DNA of 63,872 nt, filler included, from Lenisia limosa (taxonomy: Eukaryota > Protista > Breviatea), in assembly GCA_001655205.1 (NCBI GenBank). It is 10 parts of 10 records of this genome, joined end to end, with 100 filler letters (N's around TTAATTAATTAA, not from the genome) between each part and the next. Parts side by side here need not be neighbours in the genome. Positions count along the whole stretch, not along the records: positions 1 to 1,653 come from LPNZ01008378.1; positions 1,754 to 4,217 come from LPNZ01005284.1; positions 4,318 to 7,798 come from LPNZ01001983.1; positions 7,899 to 18,510 come from LPNZ01007621.1; 6 more parts are not named here. One strand, given 5' to 3'. The position numbers and the translations under genes are program-made. The notes under the pieces were generated by a model, which worked only from the letters and a program-made list of their open reading frames with translations, was not told the origin of the DNA and made no database searches. Shown here one piece after another: positions 1-11,564 of this stretch (position 1 is the stretch's first letter; each line of letters starts with the position of its first letter).

Positions 1-1542
1 GCCCAATATCCCTCGTCCAGTGATGATGAAGATATTCCAATTCAACGTGAGGAGGGGCATTGCTAGTTGTTTTATTAGCTTGAAATAACATGAAAAAAAT
101 TACAACATAATATGTACCAAGCGTAAGGACATAAGAGGGAATCTCATATTACAATTGTATTAGAAAACTACAAATATAATAAAACGACATGCATGGGTTA
201 AATATGACTCACTCCTTTTTACAGCAAAGCGGCAGAAGAGGGAGGCCCCACAAGGCGGTAATGGCTTCAACTCTGCCAGACAAACCTTGGTACGTTATAA
301 TCTCTACATGAGTGGCTACAGTTGTCAGTTTATGATGATGGGTGGTTTTTGCCCCCCCCCCCNNNNNNNNNNNNNNNNNNNNNNNNNNNNNNNNNNNNNN
401 NNNNNNNNNNNNNNNNNNNNNNNNNNNNNNNNNNNNNNNNNNNNNNNNNNNNNNNNNNNNNNNNNNNNNNNNNNNNNNNNNNNNNNNNNNNNNNNNNNNN
501 NNNNNNNNNNNNNNNNNNNNNNNNNNNNNATTGCTTGTTTTTTTTTTGTTTGGAGTTTCAATTATTCGATTCGTGATTTGTACCTTAACACCAATATTCT
601 TCATCGAACTAAACGCTCTCAAAAGATGCCGTTTTATTTTTGTTTCATGAGTAGAGAAGGAATGCAGTGCTGTGGAAGCGACAGGCCTGGGCTGTATTTG
701 TTTTTCTTGTTGTTGTTTTTCTCAACCCTCTTGTTGTATCGCGAACAGAATTGATTTTGGGCTTTTTATTATTATTTGTTACATATGTTTTTCATTTTCA
801 CCCCCCCCCCCCCNNNNNNNNNNNNNNNNNNNNNNNNNNNNNNNNNNNNNNNNNNNNNNNNNNNNNNNNNNNNNNNNNNNNNNNNNNNNNNNNNNNNNNN
901 NNNNNNNNNNNNNNNNNNNNNNNNNNNNNNNNNNNNNNNNNNNNNNNCATTCTCCCCGGTGCGGAGAGAGCTCCAACGGGTGCGGGGTGTGGTATTATTT
1001 CAAGGGGGGGTTATACTCTATCTGTATGCATAGCATAATATACTATGAGATACAGTTTTATGGGTGTGTGTGGGGGGGGGGTATTATGTCAGTGTTGGTG
1101 AGATATTTGATCATCATTTTAAGTTTTTAAAATCATCATGTTCATCATTATCATGTTCATCATCATTTTAAGAATCATCATTTTAAGAACCATCATTTTA
1201 AGTAATATTCATATTCTCATCATCATTTTACATATTTCATGTTCATCATTTTAGGAGATAACCATCTGAGAGGAAACCGCAAAAGTGCTGCCGCGGCTGG
1301 AAATAACAAAGGCAAAAGTGGGGGGAACATTATTGAAATAATAAATGGGGAGTTGGGCTTTACTTCGATTAAAAAAAAGACTGGATTTCTCGCATCCCTA
1401 CGTTCCCCAAAAGGCTGAATTTCTCATAAATCCTCGATAAATATCAATATATTACCGATCTTTTTGAAGCCCTAGTTATGTGCTATTTTGACCGCTTAGC
1501 TGAGGGAGATATGCAGTCGATATTGGAAGGAATCTTTATCCG
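1..1542 (+). CDS. Partial multi-exon hypothetical protein (low-complexity; weak resemblance to a fidgetin-like N-terminus)
   Basis: GC-rich exons with GT/AG ends join as SSSDDEDIPIQ|PKRQKREAPQGGNGFNSARQTL|...|DNHLRGNRKSAAAAGNNKGK|EGDMQSILEGIF. FNSARQTL only loosely recalls the FIGNL1 F.TA.EQL motif. Confidence 0.4.
549..612. repeat. Dispersed intronic repeat family D
   Basis: TTGGAGTTTCAxATTATTCGxTTCGTGATT..TACCTT..CCAATATTCTT; copies at ~2558-2622, 4379-4447 (reverse) and 36745-36822. Confidence 0.7.
1355..1472. mobile_element. MITE family A copy (degenerate)
   Basis: Begins GGGCTTTACTTCG..AAAAAAAAGACTG and ends ..GAAGCCC followed by TA; similar to the copy at 14243-14320. Confidence 0.6.
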
Positions 1543-1653
1543 GTACGTAGCCCTAAGTTTTTTTTTTTTTTATGAGTTTCTATAGCCTTATTTTATAGTT
1601 TTGTTGGGTTTTAAAAAATAGTTGGAAAAAATCCCGTTTTCCCCTCCCCTCCC

Positions 1654-1753
1654 NNNNNNNNNNNNNNNNNNNNNNNNNNNNNNNNNNNNNNNNNNNNTTA
1701 ATTAATTAANNNNNNNNNNNNNNNNNNNNNNNNNNNNNNNNNNNNNNNNNNNN
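1654..1753. other. Artificial scaffold linker (44N-TTAATTAATTAA-44N)
   Basis: Exact 100-bp spacer with a palindromic all-frame stop core at 1698-1709; the same structure occurs nine times. Confidence 0.98.
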
Positions 1754-2341
1754 TTTCAAAGCGAGGGAGACGATGGGGATGTGTGATTGTCTACTCTTTT
1801 AACATTTTAAGACTATTGCCATTAAAAATTAATTTAAAAACATATAAATACAATTCTGGTGACCGTGTATGTGCGATGTGACAATACAGTTTCTCTCGGA
1901 CCTCGAGAATTTCGACTGTTTCAAAAACGCGAGCATCGGAGAAAACAGTTATAGATGCTTGGACCCTCCTCGAATAAGGTTGGCTACCCAGGCAACTTTT
2001 TGGGTCATTTCACACGTGTTAACAAGTGATCGTATTCCGTGTTCTTTTTTTTGAATATTTTTCTTTCTGATTTCTTAGTATGAGATTCCAAAAACTGAAG
2101 ATAGAAGCGCTACTCGGAGTTATTGATCTTTCCATGCTCTCATGTGGGCTTGAACGAATTATCCTTCAGAGCTAGACGGCTTTGGCCAGATACTATTATC
2201 AATATCTCTTGTAAACATGATGATGTGGGCGGCTTACCCTCGATTTTTTTTTTTCTATATAGCTATATATATGTAGTATACATATTTTTTTAGAGGTGGA
2301 AGGGTCTTTTTGTTTCATAAAGTACCCGAATTACTCTACAG

Positions 2342-4109
2342 ATCCCTCAGACACTCTCTTCCTCCATCAGCCGTCAGAGGCGAGTTGTCCGGCTTGTCAG
2401 TTCCTATCTGATACGGCATTTGCTGCTTCTTATGATTTGGAGGTTGAGGGAGATTATTGTTCTATGTTTTGTTTTAATTTTACTCCCTTAGACGAGTTTT
2501 GTTTTTAGTCATCTGGGCTTTGTCTAGCTTATTGCTCATGTTTGTCATCGCTTTTTTTGGAAGTTTCAGATTATTCGTTTCGTGATTACTACCTTTTCGC
2601 CAATATTCTTTATTGACTTTCCTTGTCTCATAAATTTTCCTATCAGAAAACCCCGAGTTTTTTTTTTTATGGGAGTGGTATTTTTACAAGGAATTTTCTG
2701 GCCGGAAAACACGAGTTTGCGAAGCGAACGAGTGTTTTTCTCAACAAAAAACTCCGAGTAACAAAAGGAAGAAAACCACTTGAGTCGGGATTTTTTCACT
2801 TTTCCGGTTGTTTTCTGGAAACAGTTTTCTCCAATCATATCCCCCCTCCCAGACGGCCACACTGAAAGAGGCGTCACGGACATCATTTCCGCCGTCATTT
2901 GCGTCGGAATTGCATCGGAGACACCCTGACATTCCTGTTGTCATGCTTGCTGACTACGACACCCAGTATGAGAGGAGGCAGCCAGAAATGTGTACAGAGT
3001 TGTAAGGCAAACGTTTGGGTGGATAATGTTACTATAATCCAATTTCTCTTATAAGCGTGATNNNNNNNNNNNNNNNNNNNNNNNNNNNNNNNNNNNNNNN
3101 NNNNNNNNNNNNNNNNNNNNNNNNNNNGAGTCTATTGTTTAAGAACATTCAATCAACAATATCTTGTGAGAAAGGAGAAGACGTAGATTGGGCCATTAAA
3201 CTCAGAGTCCAGCCTACTCACTTCGTAGGTACCTCTCAGTGTTCAGTTTATAGTTCACAACCATATTCAATCCAATCCTCTTCCCCATTCCCCTTAGAGA
3301 TAGGCCAATCCTATTGACTTCAGAGATAGCCAGCCCAATTTGTATATTAAGATATTTAGAGTTCTTCCAGCTGTTGTTAAATATTTTTTCTTATTCTCAA
3401 TTAATTTCATCCTATTCCCTTCGCTGATAGCCAGCCAGTTTTATTAACTTCACAGGTACCGGTCCCCCTTTATGGCGTCCCATTTGGACACACTGGAGTT
3501 TGTCTCCGTAAACCAGACTGTGAAAGCGGCTAATTGTGGGTCAGTTCTTTAAACTTATAGTTTGTTGCACTTCAAAATAATATCTTAATTAATGGCGTGG
3601 ACGGAGCCTTTCTTACTTACCATTTACAACTATTGATTACTTCTTAATATTTACCATCATCAGTGTTGATTGGAACAATTGAACTCTACGCCGACTTCAT
3701 CAGAGGACTAATTAAAGGTAACAAAGGATGGTGTGGTGTGGAGCTAGAAATATAGGGGACTTATCAAAGGTAAATTCAGGCCATGTATCCATTCTTCGCA
3801 ATCAGTAATTCAGCTTTTTTTCATCATAGTAAAATTCATATATTGTATGTTCAAACATACTATCTCTGATAACAACAGAGGTTCCAGTTTTATCCGTTCA
3901 GATGATGTTGGTCTGCCTTCAGAGTCCAAAATCCAGACAGCTTTCCAGCCCTCCTTTCCCAGTGCATTCTTCTCGGTGAGGCTCGTCTTCACATCATATC
4001 TAAAAAAAATATAGTCTGATGCCGATTATGACTGACGTTTTAGGGGGATTTTGAGAGGATGCTGCCTTTCAATTCATTGGTAGTTTCGGTTCCTGCGAAC
4101 CAGACCTTG
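2342..4109 (+). CDS. Partial multi-exon hypothetical protein
   Basis: Candidate exons: DPSDTLFLHQPSEASCPACQFLSDTAFAASYDLE|TATLKEASRTSFPPSFASELHRRHPDIPVVMLADYDT|...VLIGTIELYADFIRGLIK|...DFERMLPFNSLVVSVPANQTL. Not all exon phases could be resolved. Confidence 0.35.
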
Positions 4110-4217
4110 GTAGGCCTAGATGGCTAAATTATCCAAACCGTTTTTGACCATCTTTTGAGAGAAAGAAGTAAGGATTCCCTGTGGTCCCAAAAAAGACTGA
4201 TTTTCTCGATAAATTCT

Positions 4218-4317
4218 NNNNNNNNNNNNNNNNNNNNNNNNNNNNNNNNNNNNNNNNNNNNTTAATTAATTAANNNNNNNNNNNNNNNNNNNNNNNNNNN
4301 NNNNNNNNNNNNNNNNN
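4218..4317. other. Artificial scaffold linker
   Basis: 44N + TTAATTAATTAA (4262-4273) + 44N. Confidence 0.98.
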
Positions 4318-4579
4318 GGGGGGGGGGGGGTGAATATGGACAATTTTATAACAATAATGGGGCCCCATAAACATGGGGAGTAAAACGAAGGAAATTTCGA
4401 TGAAGAATATTGGAGTAAACTAGAACCGAACAATCTGAAACTCCAACCAACCGAGTCAGCCTCTGAAAGAGAAAGAAAGAGAAAGAATGAGAAAGAAACA
4501 GAAAAAAAGAAAAGAAAGAGAAAGAAAGAGAAAGGCTATTGTACAAATTCTTGAAATAAACAAACAAAAAACAACCTAC

Positions 4580-7263
4580 CAGGAGTAGTGCCAAAAGCAG
4601 GGGTTGCAGCAGGAGCAGCACCGAAAAGCCCTCCGGTGGCCGGAGCTGTGCCGAAGGCAGGAGTGGTGGTGGTAGCACCGAAAGGTGAAGATGACGTGGC
4701 AGTAGTGGAAGCTCCGAAAAGACCCGTGGTTGGGGCAGCGGGGGTCGCTCCAAATGGCGAAGTTGAAGCAGCGGGAGCACCGAATGGAGAAGCAGCTGGA
4801 GCAGCGCCGAATAAGCCAGTTGAAGGGGCAGCGGCAGGGGCAGCGCCGAAAGCGGGAGTGGTACCGAAAGCTGGTGTGGCAGCAGGCTTACCGAAAGGCG
4901 AAGTGGTGGAAGTAGAGGCACCTAAGCGTGTTAATAAGAACAATTGATCCTAAATTAGACCGAGCATTCCTTTAATATTTGAGGATTTATAGATTAGACC
5001 CGAGCATCACTTTTAACATTTATTGAGGATTTATAGGTTTAACAAGGATTCCTTTTATTAATTAGAGCTTCACTTTCATTTCCAAAAGAAGGCCGAATTG
5101 CCCTAAACGATAAATATTGACATTTTGTTCTGGCAGTTCTAGTATTTGTTGAAGATATGATATGATATAGACTATTTAGATATAAAAAAACATGGGGCAA
5201 CCATACCAAAAGGACTGGTGACGGCTGCGCCAAATGCTGGCGTGGATGTGGCTCCGAAGGCCGGGGCAGCGGCTGCGGCTAATTTCGTAAATTGGGGGAT
5301 ACTATAAGCTGGCTATACTATTGGTAATTTCGTAACTTGGGATATTGTTAGATATTAATATAATATTTTTATATTATGTAGCTAGAGCTAACTTCCTATT
5401 ACCCCACCCCCACCTCCCGGCTTCCTTCCAGCGAGGTAATCCTCCAATCGAAGTTCGTCAATGGAGCACCCCTAAACCGATTATTCAGTGTACTACAAAA
5501 TCAAGAAATTTGTATAAAATCTATGCCTAAAACGCAGATTATTCAAAGAGCATCCCAAAAATGGATTATTCAAGCAATGAGAAATAAAACAATAAGGTTG
5601 AATCTGGCTGAAGCCGTCCACACGATAATGGATTATTGTATAATAATATTAATTCACCCAATCATTTACCTTACAACTCTGTGCACACAGCTTTCTGCGT
5701 GCCTGCCCAGCATACGCAATTCATGCACCCCCCATACACTGTAGGCGTTCATGCAGCAAATCGATTGCATCTTGGTGTTGATGTTTTGACTGATCCGATG
5801 TCTGCCCTGACCCTTCTTCTCTAAAAGGGAAAATTAGGGGAAACGTTCAAGGAAGAATACTGAGGAAAAATGAAACATTTATTTGTGCGCGGAAAAATGT
5901 GCAAAGTTGAATTAAGAGGTAAATCGAGGAAATGTCAAAAACCAACCAAGACTCAACACAGACATGAAAGTTGAAACAACCCCCCCCCACCAGTTTCGGG
6001 CTTGGTGCTGACGACATAGGCCTCCTTCGCCGTTCCAGTGTTTCCTCCAACAGCTAAAGAGAATCAGCGGGGTGATGTGCATGGTCAAATAAAAACCCGA
6101 ATCCTCTCATTAAATTCTTGATAAAACCCCGTTAAACCCTTCATAAACCCTCGATAAACCCTCATTAAACCTTTGAAAAACCCTCATTAAACCCTTGATA
6201 AACAAAGATAAACTCTTGATACTTCATCAGAATTTTACAACCGAGTGAAGCTCTCATAAAGATTGTCTTAGGTATGAAAATGCCCGAGAAAATATCGATA
6301 GTAAATATATTGAGAAAAATGATATTTCTTTCCTCCAAATAAATTCCATTTTTACTCCAACACAGGCAGTTATCACCCCCCCCCCCANNNNNNNNNNNNN
6401 NNNNNNNNNNNNNNNNNNNNNNNNNNNNNNNNNNNNNNNNNNNNNNNNNNNNNNNNNNNNNNNNNNNNNNNNNNNNNNNNNNNNNNNNNNNNNNNNNNNN
6501 NNNNNNNNNNNNNNCACCAAAGGCAGGGGTGGAGGCTCCAAACGCGGGCGTTGCGCCAGCGCCAAAAGCTGGTGTAGTTGTGGTTGTGCCGAATGCGGGG
6601 GTTGTTCCAGCTGTACCAAAAGCTGGAGTTGTACCCGTAGTCCCAAAAGCAGGGGTTGTACCCGCAGTGCCGAACGCCGGAGTGGGGGTTGAGCCAAATG
6701 TGGATGTGGTTGTAGGGGTAGCTCCGAAAGTTGGTGTGGGAGTTGCACCGAATGCAGGAGTTGTTGTGCTAGTTGATCCGAAAGCTGGCGTTGAACCGAA
6801 GGCAGGAGTCGCTGCAGCTCCGAAAGCTGGTGTTGATGTGGCACCGAAAGCAGGAGTGGTGGTGGTAGTGCCAAACGTGGGGGTTGCCGCTGCTCCGAAT
6901 GCGGGGGTTTGTGCTCCCGCTCCAAAAGCAGGTGTTGTTGTACCGAATGCGGGGGTGGTTCCAGGGGCAGCGCCAAAAGCTGGCTTAGCTGTGGATGCTC
7001 CAAAGGTGGAGGTCGATCCAAAGGCTGGGGTGGTGGTGGAGGCACCGAACGCGGGAGTGGTTCCAAATCCTGTTGGCTGGGCTAAAAAGAGTGAGGAAGA
7101 GGGTTAGAAGAGGGGAAGAGAAGCCTTGTGTTAACATACCTGCAGGAGTAGCGCCAAAACCGGTGGAAGCACCAAAGCCTGTCCAATTAGGAAGAATAAT
7201 AGGTAAAAGTGAAAGAAATGACGATTCGCATCTTAAATGATACCTCCCAAGCAAACCAAACAT
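4580..7263 (-). CDS. NUP98: Nup98/Nup116-type FG-repeat nucleoporin, N-terminal part with GLEBS motif (3'-partial)
   Basis: PAFG/GLFG repeats in exons 7069-6514 and 4921-4580. Exons 6053-5991, 5820-5738 and 5471-5413 join in frame as GNTGTAKEAYVVSTKPETEKKGQGRHRISQNINTKMQSICCMNAYSGCSIDELRLEDYLAGRK, a GLEBS (Rae1-binding) motif. Start ATG at 7263 is inferred from phase. Confidence 0.88.
5574..5711. repeat. Dispersed intronic repeat family C (~140 bp)
   Basis: Core ATAAGGTTGAATCTGGCTGAAGCCGTCCACAC..TTACAACTCTGTGCACAC. Related copies at ~2975-3060, 33101-33200, 36380-36460 and 37529-37652; short fragments near 29905, 39165 and 51155. Confidence 0.75.
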
Positions 7264-7798
7264 GGCTTGTCCGTTACTCAAAAGCTATCTGGACCTGTGC
7301 TTCTTTTAAATTGAGTATTAAAACTACTTAAGCAACAGTAGTTAGGGCAATAGCGCTAGATAACACGATAACTCGCCAAAAAACGTCTCTCTCGCCTGTC
7401 AACTATCCTGAATCTGATTCACTAGGAGCTTTAGTTTACCATACAACCATAGACTTGTCAATCCTTTTTAAATCTGGCTGAAAGGCCAAAACAAAAAATA
7501 AATTAAGTGATATCTAATTTCGTAATTCTCAAAATGCCTGTTCTTCAATGCGTAGTTGTGAGAAACGGCTAATCCAACCAGACCTTCAAATCATTCAAAA
7601 ATCATTTGACTTATTGCCTAAAGGCCTTATGATCATAAAAGTCACTTTAAAGTCATAAGAATTCAATACTAATTATACATTATTCATTCAAACAAACTCA
7701 AGAAAACTAATCTACAATCGGAGCCAGCGGAACTTGGGGGGGAACCGGGGGCTGCATTCCGCCTTCCGACGCGGGCGGTGCGGGAATTTGGGGAAGGG

Positions 7799-7898
7799 NN
7801 NNNNNNNNNNNNNNNNNNNNNNNNNNNNNNNNNNNNNNNNNNTTAATTAATTAANNNNNNNNNNNNNNNNNNNNNNNNNNNNNNNNNNNNNNNNNNNN
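7799..7898. other. Artificial scaffold linker
   Basis: 44N + TTAATTAATTAA (7843-7854) + 44N. Confidence 0.98.
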
Positions 7899-10800
7899 AG
7901 GGTGCCCCACAACACTCGGCGGTTGGTGGGGGGAATGCATCATCTGGAGGGAGAGTAAAATTGGAAAATCTACGAAACAAAAAAGCCCAAATAAATTGGA
8001 AAATCTATGAAACAACTCTGCTGGCTGAAAACACACGAGGGTTGCTACAAACAAGGAGGGAGGCGGGGATGAACAAACAATTGCTCATGCACCTGAATGC
8101 TGAAACTAAACAAATCTAGGGGGGGGGGAGCATACAAGCAAGATATCAATTTTATGGGCTCAAGTTAATGAGCATTCTTATGGATCCTGAACCGAACGAC
8201 CAATCCCTTAGAACCACAGTGCACAAGTAGGGATTCCCTTTGTTTCGAAAAAGACTAGTCAAATATCGATATTGAAGATTTATCGAGAAATTCAGCCTTT
8301 TTTTGAACCGAAGTGAAGCCCTATGCACAAGCAACGTACCTGCGGTACAGGCTCGTCAGGGTATGCGTGGGGGTTGAATTGTGCCGAAGCCGACGTGAGA
8401 GTGGGTGACGGCGGCGCGTCGTAGAGGACTGACTCGTCAACTGGAGCCATGGCCTGACCGTGCTGAGGTGTGAGGGCAAAATTGGAAAACTTTTGAAACT
8501 CAATAAAAACAAAAAAAAACTCTTTTGACAAGCAACAGTTGAGAACAACAAAACAAATCCCTGGCCGTGAGGGGTGGGTTTGAAAAAACAAGTTCTCTAT
8601 TATTAAGTCACAGAAAGACCAATAATCACCCAAGCCAAAAGAAACCCAAATATTGGACCAAGTATTGTTCGACTAGCGAATAACACCGCCAGTCGAAGCC
8701 CCATGAATATCACGCACCCCCACCTTGGCAACGCGGGCCTTGAGCGCAGCTGTTTTCTTATCCGATGGTGAGTTGTTGAGCATGGATTCGATTTCGTGGG
8801 CTTTCTCGGAAATCTGTGAGTAGGCACGAGCGCGAGATGGCGCAGGCTCTGGCTCGGCAAAAATGTCTTCCTGTTGTATCAGAAGTGCTTTACAGCCTTT
8901 TTAGCTCCCCAGTATAACCTGTAAGACAGCAAGGACAACTTTCACTCCTCAAACCGTTTCAGTTGGGGGGGGAGGGGCCACTTCTTCCTTTTCCTTTTCC
9001 TTTTCTTTTTCCTTCATCCATTTCGCCTTGTTCTACACACATAAAAACGGGGACACTCAATGTTCTGATTTGTAAAATTCCTATATTTGACCTGGGCCGA
9101 ATCGTTTCCCTCCATCCACATCATCAGTGAATCCTTTCCCTCCACCCACATCATCAGTGAATCGTGTCTTCACGATTTCGATTTCGAAGAAGAGTGTGCT
9201 GTTTCCCGGGATCTTGTCCCCCTGACCATGTTCGCCGTATGCGAGATGTGGTGGAACGCAGATATAACGCTGAAAGATGATAAACATGCTAGTATTGTGG
9301 GGGAGTAAGATGTGACACGGTTGACCTGATTTTGTTTGTTCAAAATTTCTTGCTTGTTGAAACCCTCACCTTAGCACCCTTGCGCATGCCTAAAATCGCT
9401 TCATTCCAACCAGCAATAACTTTTGATTTGTCACCAAGCTGAGAAGTAAGGGGATTGTCCAACAATAGGGGGGGGGGGGNNNNNNNNNNNNNNNNNNNNN
9501 NNNNNNNNNNNNNNNNNNNNNNNNNNNNNNNNNNNNNNNNNNNNNNNNNNNNNNNNNNNNNNNNNNNNNNNNNNNNNNNNNNNNNNNNNNNNNNNNNNNN
9601 NNNNNNNNNNNAACACGGCCTTGACCGAGGGTTTCGATGCGGTTACGTCGGCAAAACGCCCGGTGTATGTAACTTGGCACTGGTCGTCGTTGGCAAGGGG
9701 TTGCTGAACTGGTCAAAGGGCATTCGACACACTTGGCGAAATGACAGTAATATCATCAATCAGGTAAAGGAAAATAGCTGTAATACAAGATGTTCTTCCA
9801 TAACCCCCCCCCCCCCNNNNNNNNNNNNNNNNNNNNNNNNNNNNNNNNNNNNNNNNNNNNNNNNNNNNNNNNNNNNNNNNNNNNNNNNNNNNNNNNNNNN
9901 NNNNNNNNNNNNNNNNNNNNNNNNNNNNNNNNNNNNNNNNNNNNNNNNNNNNNNNNNNNNNNNNNNNNNNNNNNNNNNNNNNNNNNNNNNNNNNNNNNNN
10001 NNNNNNNNGTTGAAACAGATCCTGGGGTTTGTGAGGGGATGTGATGTAGCAACCTTTCGAAGCGTGAAATCAATGAATCCCATCTGAAATATTTTTGAAA
10101 AAGACTTCGGTTCCCATGGGTAATTATTGTTTAACCTATTTGAGGATGCACTTTGGAATAATAATTCTTATTCAGTTATCCAGCAATTTAAAAAGAGTTC
10201 ATTATTTAGTAATTTTTTTAAGGGTACTTCTTTACGATGTTAGCTTATTCTGTGCGAGAATGCAGTATCACTATTCCCATCCTTCCCTTTGAACTTTCTT
10301 TTATTGTTTACCCAAAAAACGTAATCATTTTATCACAACACAATCCACGTCCCTCACATACGAGATATTAAAACCTCTGTCATCATAGAAAGACTGGTAA
10401 AGCTCGGAGCGGACCTACAGGAAGCGAGGGTCATGAGAGCTTTCTTTCATAGAATTTAAATGACAGAATAAACGGTTGGACCAGCAACCGCCTTTCAAAT
10501 CATCTCATCCTACCATTTAGCCCATGAAAATACAAAATAATAATAATAATAATAAAAAGCAGTTGACACGAGTAGAAAGATTACGGGAAAGATGAGGATC
10601 AAGAAATAAATAACGAAGTTGATTGAATGAAAGAAAGTTGAAGGAAGGTCGCCCACGGAATACTGAAGCTTTGAAGTGACTGCATTTTTGGCAAGCTGCT
10701 CATTGCCAGAGCGGTAAATGAGGATCTGTTGAGAGTGAAGGTAATAGGAGAACGGGGAAAAGGGAATATTGTCATGACAAAACTGCCACCAACGTTATCA

Positions 10801-11230
10801 TATTACATTCAATACTTACCTGATAGCTGTTTCCGGTTCCAATAAGGGCTGCGTTAGCACTTCCTAACTGTTCTTGGCTTCCGGCAACGGGATTGCTGTG
10901 TTCATTAGCGCTGATAACAATATAAACAGCAAAATACAGGCCTAACTATCTCAAAAACTTACTATTTGAAAACAGTAACGGGTGCGTAGTGGATTACAGT
11001 AGATTCCGGTCCTGATTTGCCCTTAGTAGCAGATGGCTGCTTGGGAGCAGTGTATTTAAAGGAAGTAGAGGACTGCGAAGAAGTATCATCAAAGACGCTA
11101 TTGAGTCCAGCTTGTCTATACCCTCATTAAAGAAAGTTAAATTATAAACTAAATATCATAAGTTCACCCGAACTCTTAAACCGCCTTCTATTAAAAAAAA
11201 AATCTCTAAAAAAACCACTTACCCCTCCAT
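7899..11230 (-). CDS. FKBP15: FKBP15 (WAFL/FKBP133)-like: WH1-like domain plus FKBP PPIase domain (3'-partial)
   Basis: Exons give MEGQAGLNSVFDD..FKYTAPKQPS..VTVFKY; QLGSANAALIG..YQILIYRSG; VRSELYQSFYDDR; QCQVTYTGRFAD; LGDKSKVIAGWNEAILGMRKGAK|RYICVPPHLAYGEHGQGDKIPGNSTLFFEIEIVK; ALKARVAK|HGQAMAP. These match remembered FKBP15 motifs (YTAPKQP, FYDD, AKMGQPM). Confidence 0.85.
8230..8321. mobile_element. MITE family A copy (intronic in FKBP15)
   Basis: TA|GGGATTCCCTTTGTTTCGAAAAAGACT...TTTTTGAACCGAAGTGAAGCCC|TA; imperfect terminal inverted repeat. Confidence 0.7.
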
Positions 11231-11564
11231 TCTGGACAACTCTGCTGTTCAATCTAGATTCAGTAACCTTATATTCTTATATTTATTTTTTTTTCTTGAC
11301 AAAAAAAATGAAAATTTTTTGTCTAACTATACTACCCGTTCCGGACCACTTTCCTCCTTTCTCAGTTTCAGTCAGGTGTTTCTTCTACACCTCCTCAGCA
11401 CCTCCTAGTCTGTTCTCTCCTCCCTCCAGTCTAACTCCTTGCCAACTCCAGTCCTGCTCAGTCTCTCAAAACAACAAAAAAACTGGCGCACAGCTTCCTT
11501 GTCAACTTGTCGTCAGCAACATCACAACATGCACCCCACATGATATAAGTTTGAACATACACCA

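Noticed and set aside
2860-2970. Response-regulator receiver-like motif HRRHPDIPVVML
   Set aside because: Short chance similarity; no acidic pocket or phospho-acceptor Asp context is visible in the flanking exons.
4588-7107. Plus-strand PKAG/PNAG repeat ORFs and plus-strand Ala/Val- or Leu-rich ORFs at 15979-16492
   Set aside because: These are reverse-complement shadows of the FG repeats and the poly-Q tract.
9613-9712. Apparent frameshift in the FKBP domain (YTGRFAD versus IETLGQGRV)
   Set aside because: The true LGDKSKVIAGW exon starts at ~9440 and the intervening exon is probably in the N gap; TLGQGRV is a chance off-frame match.
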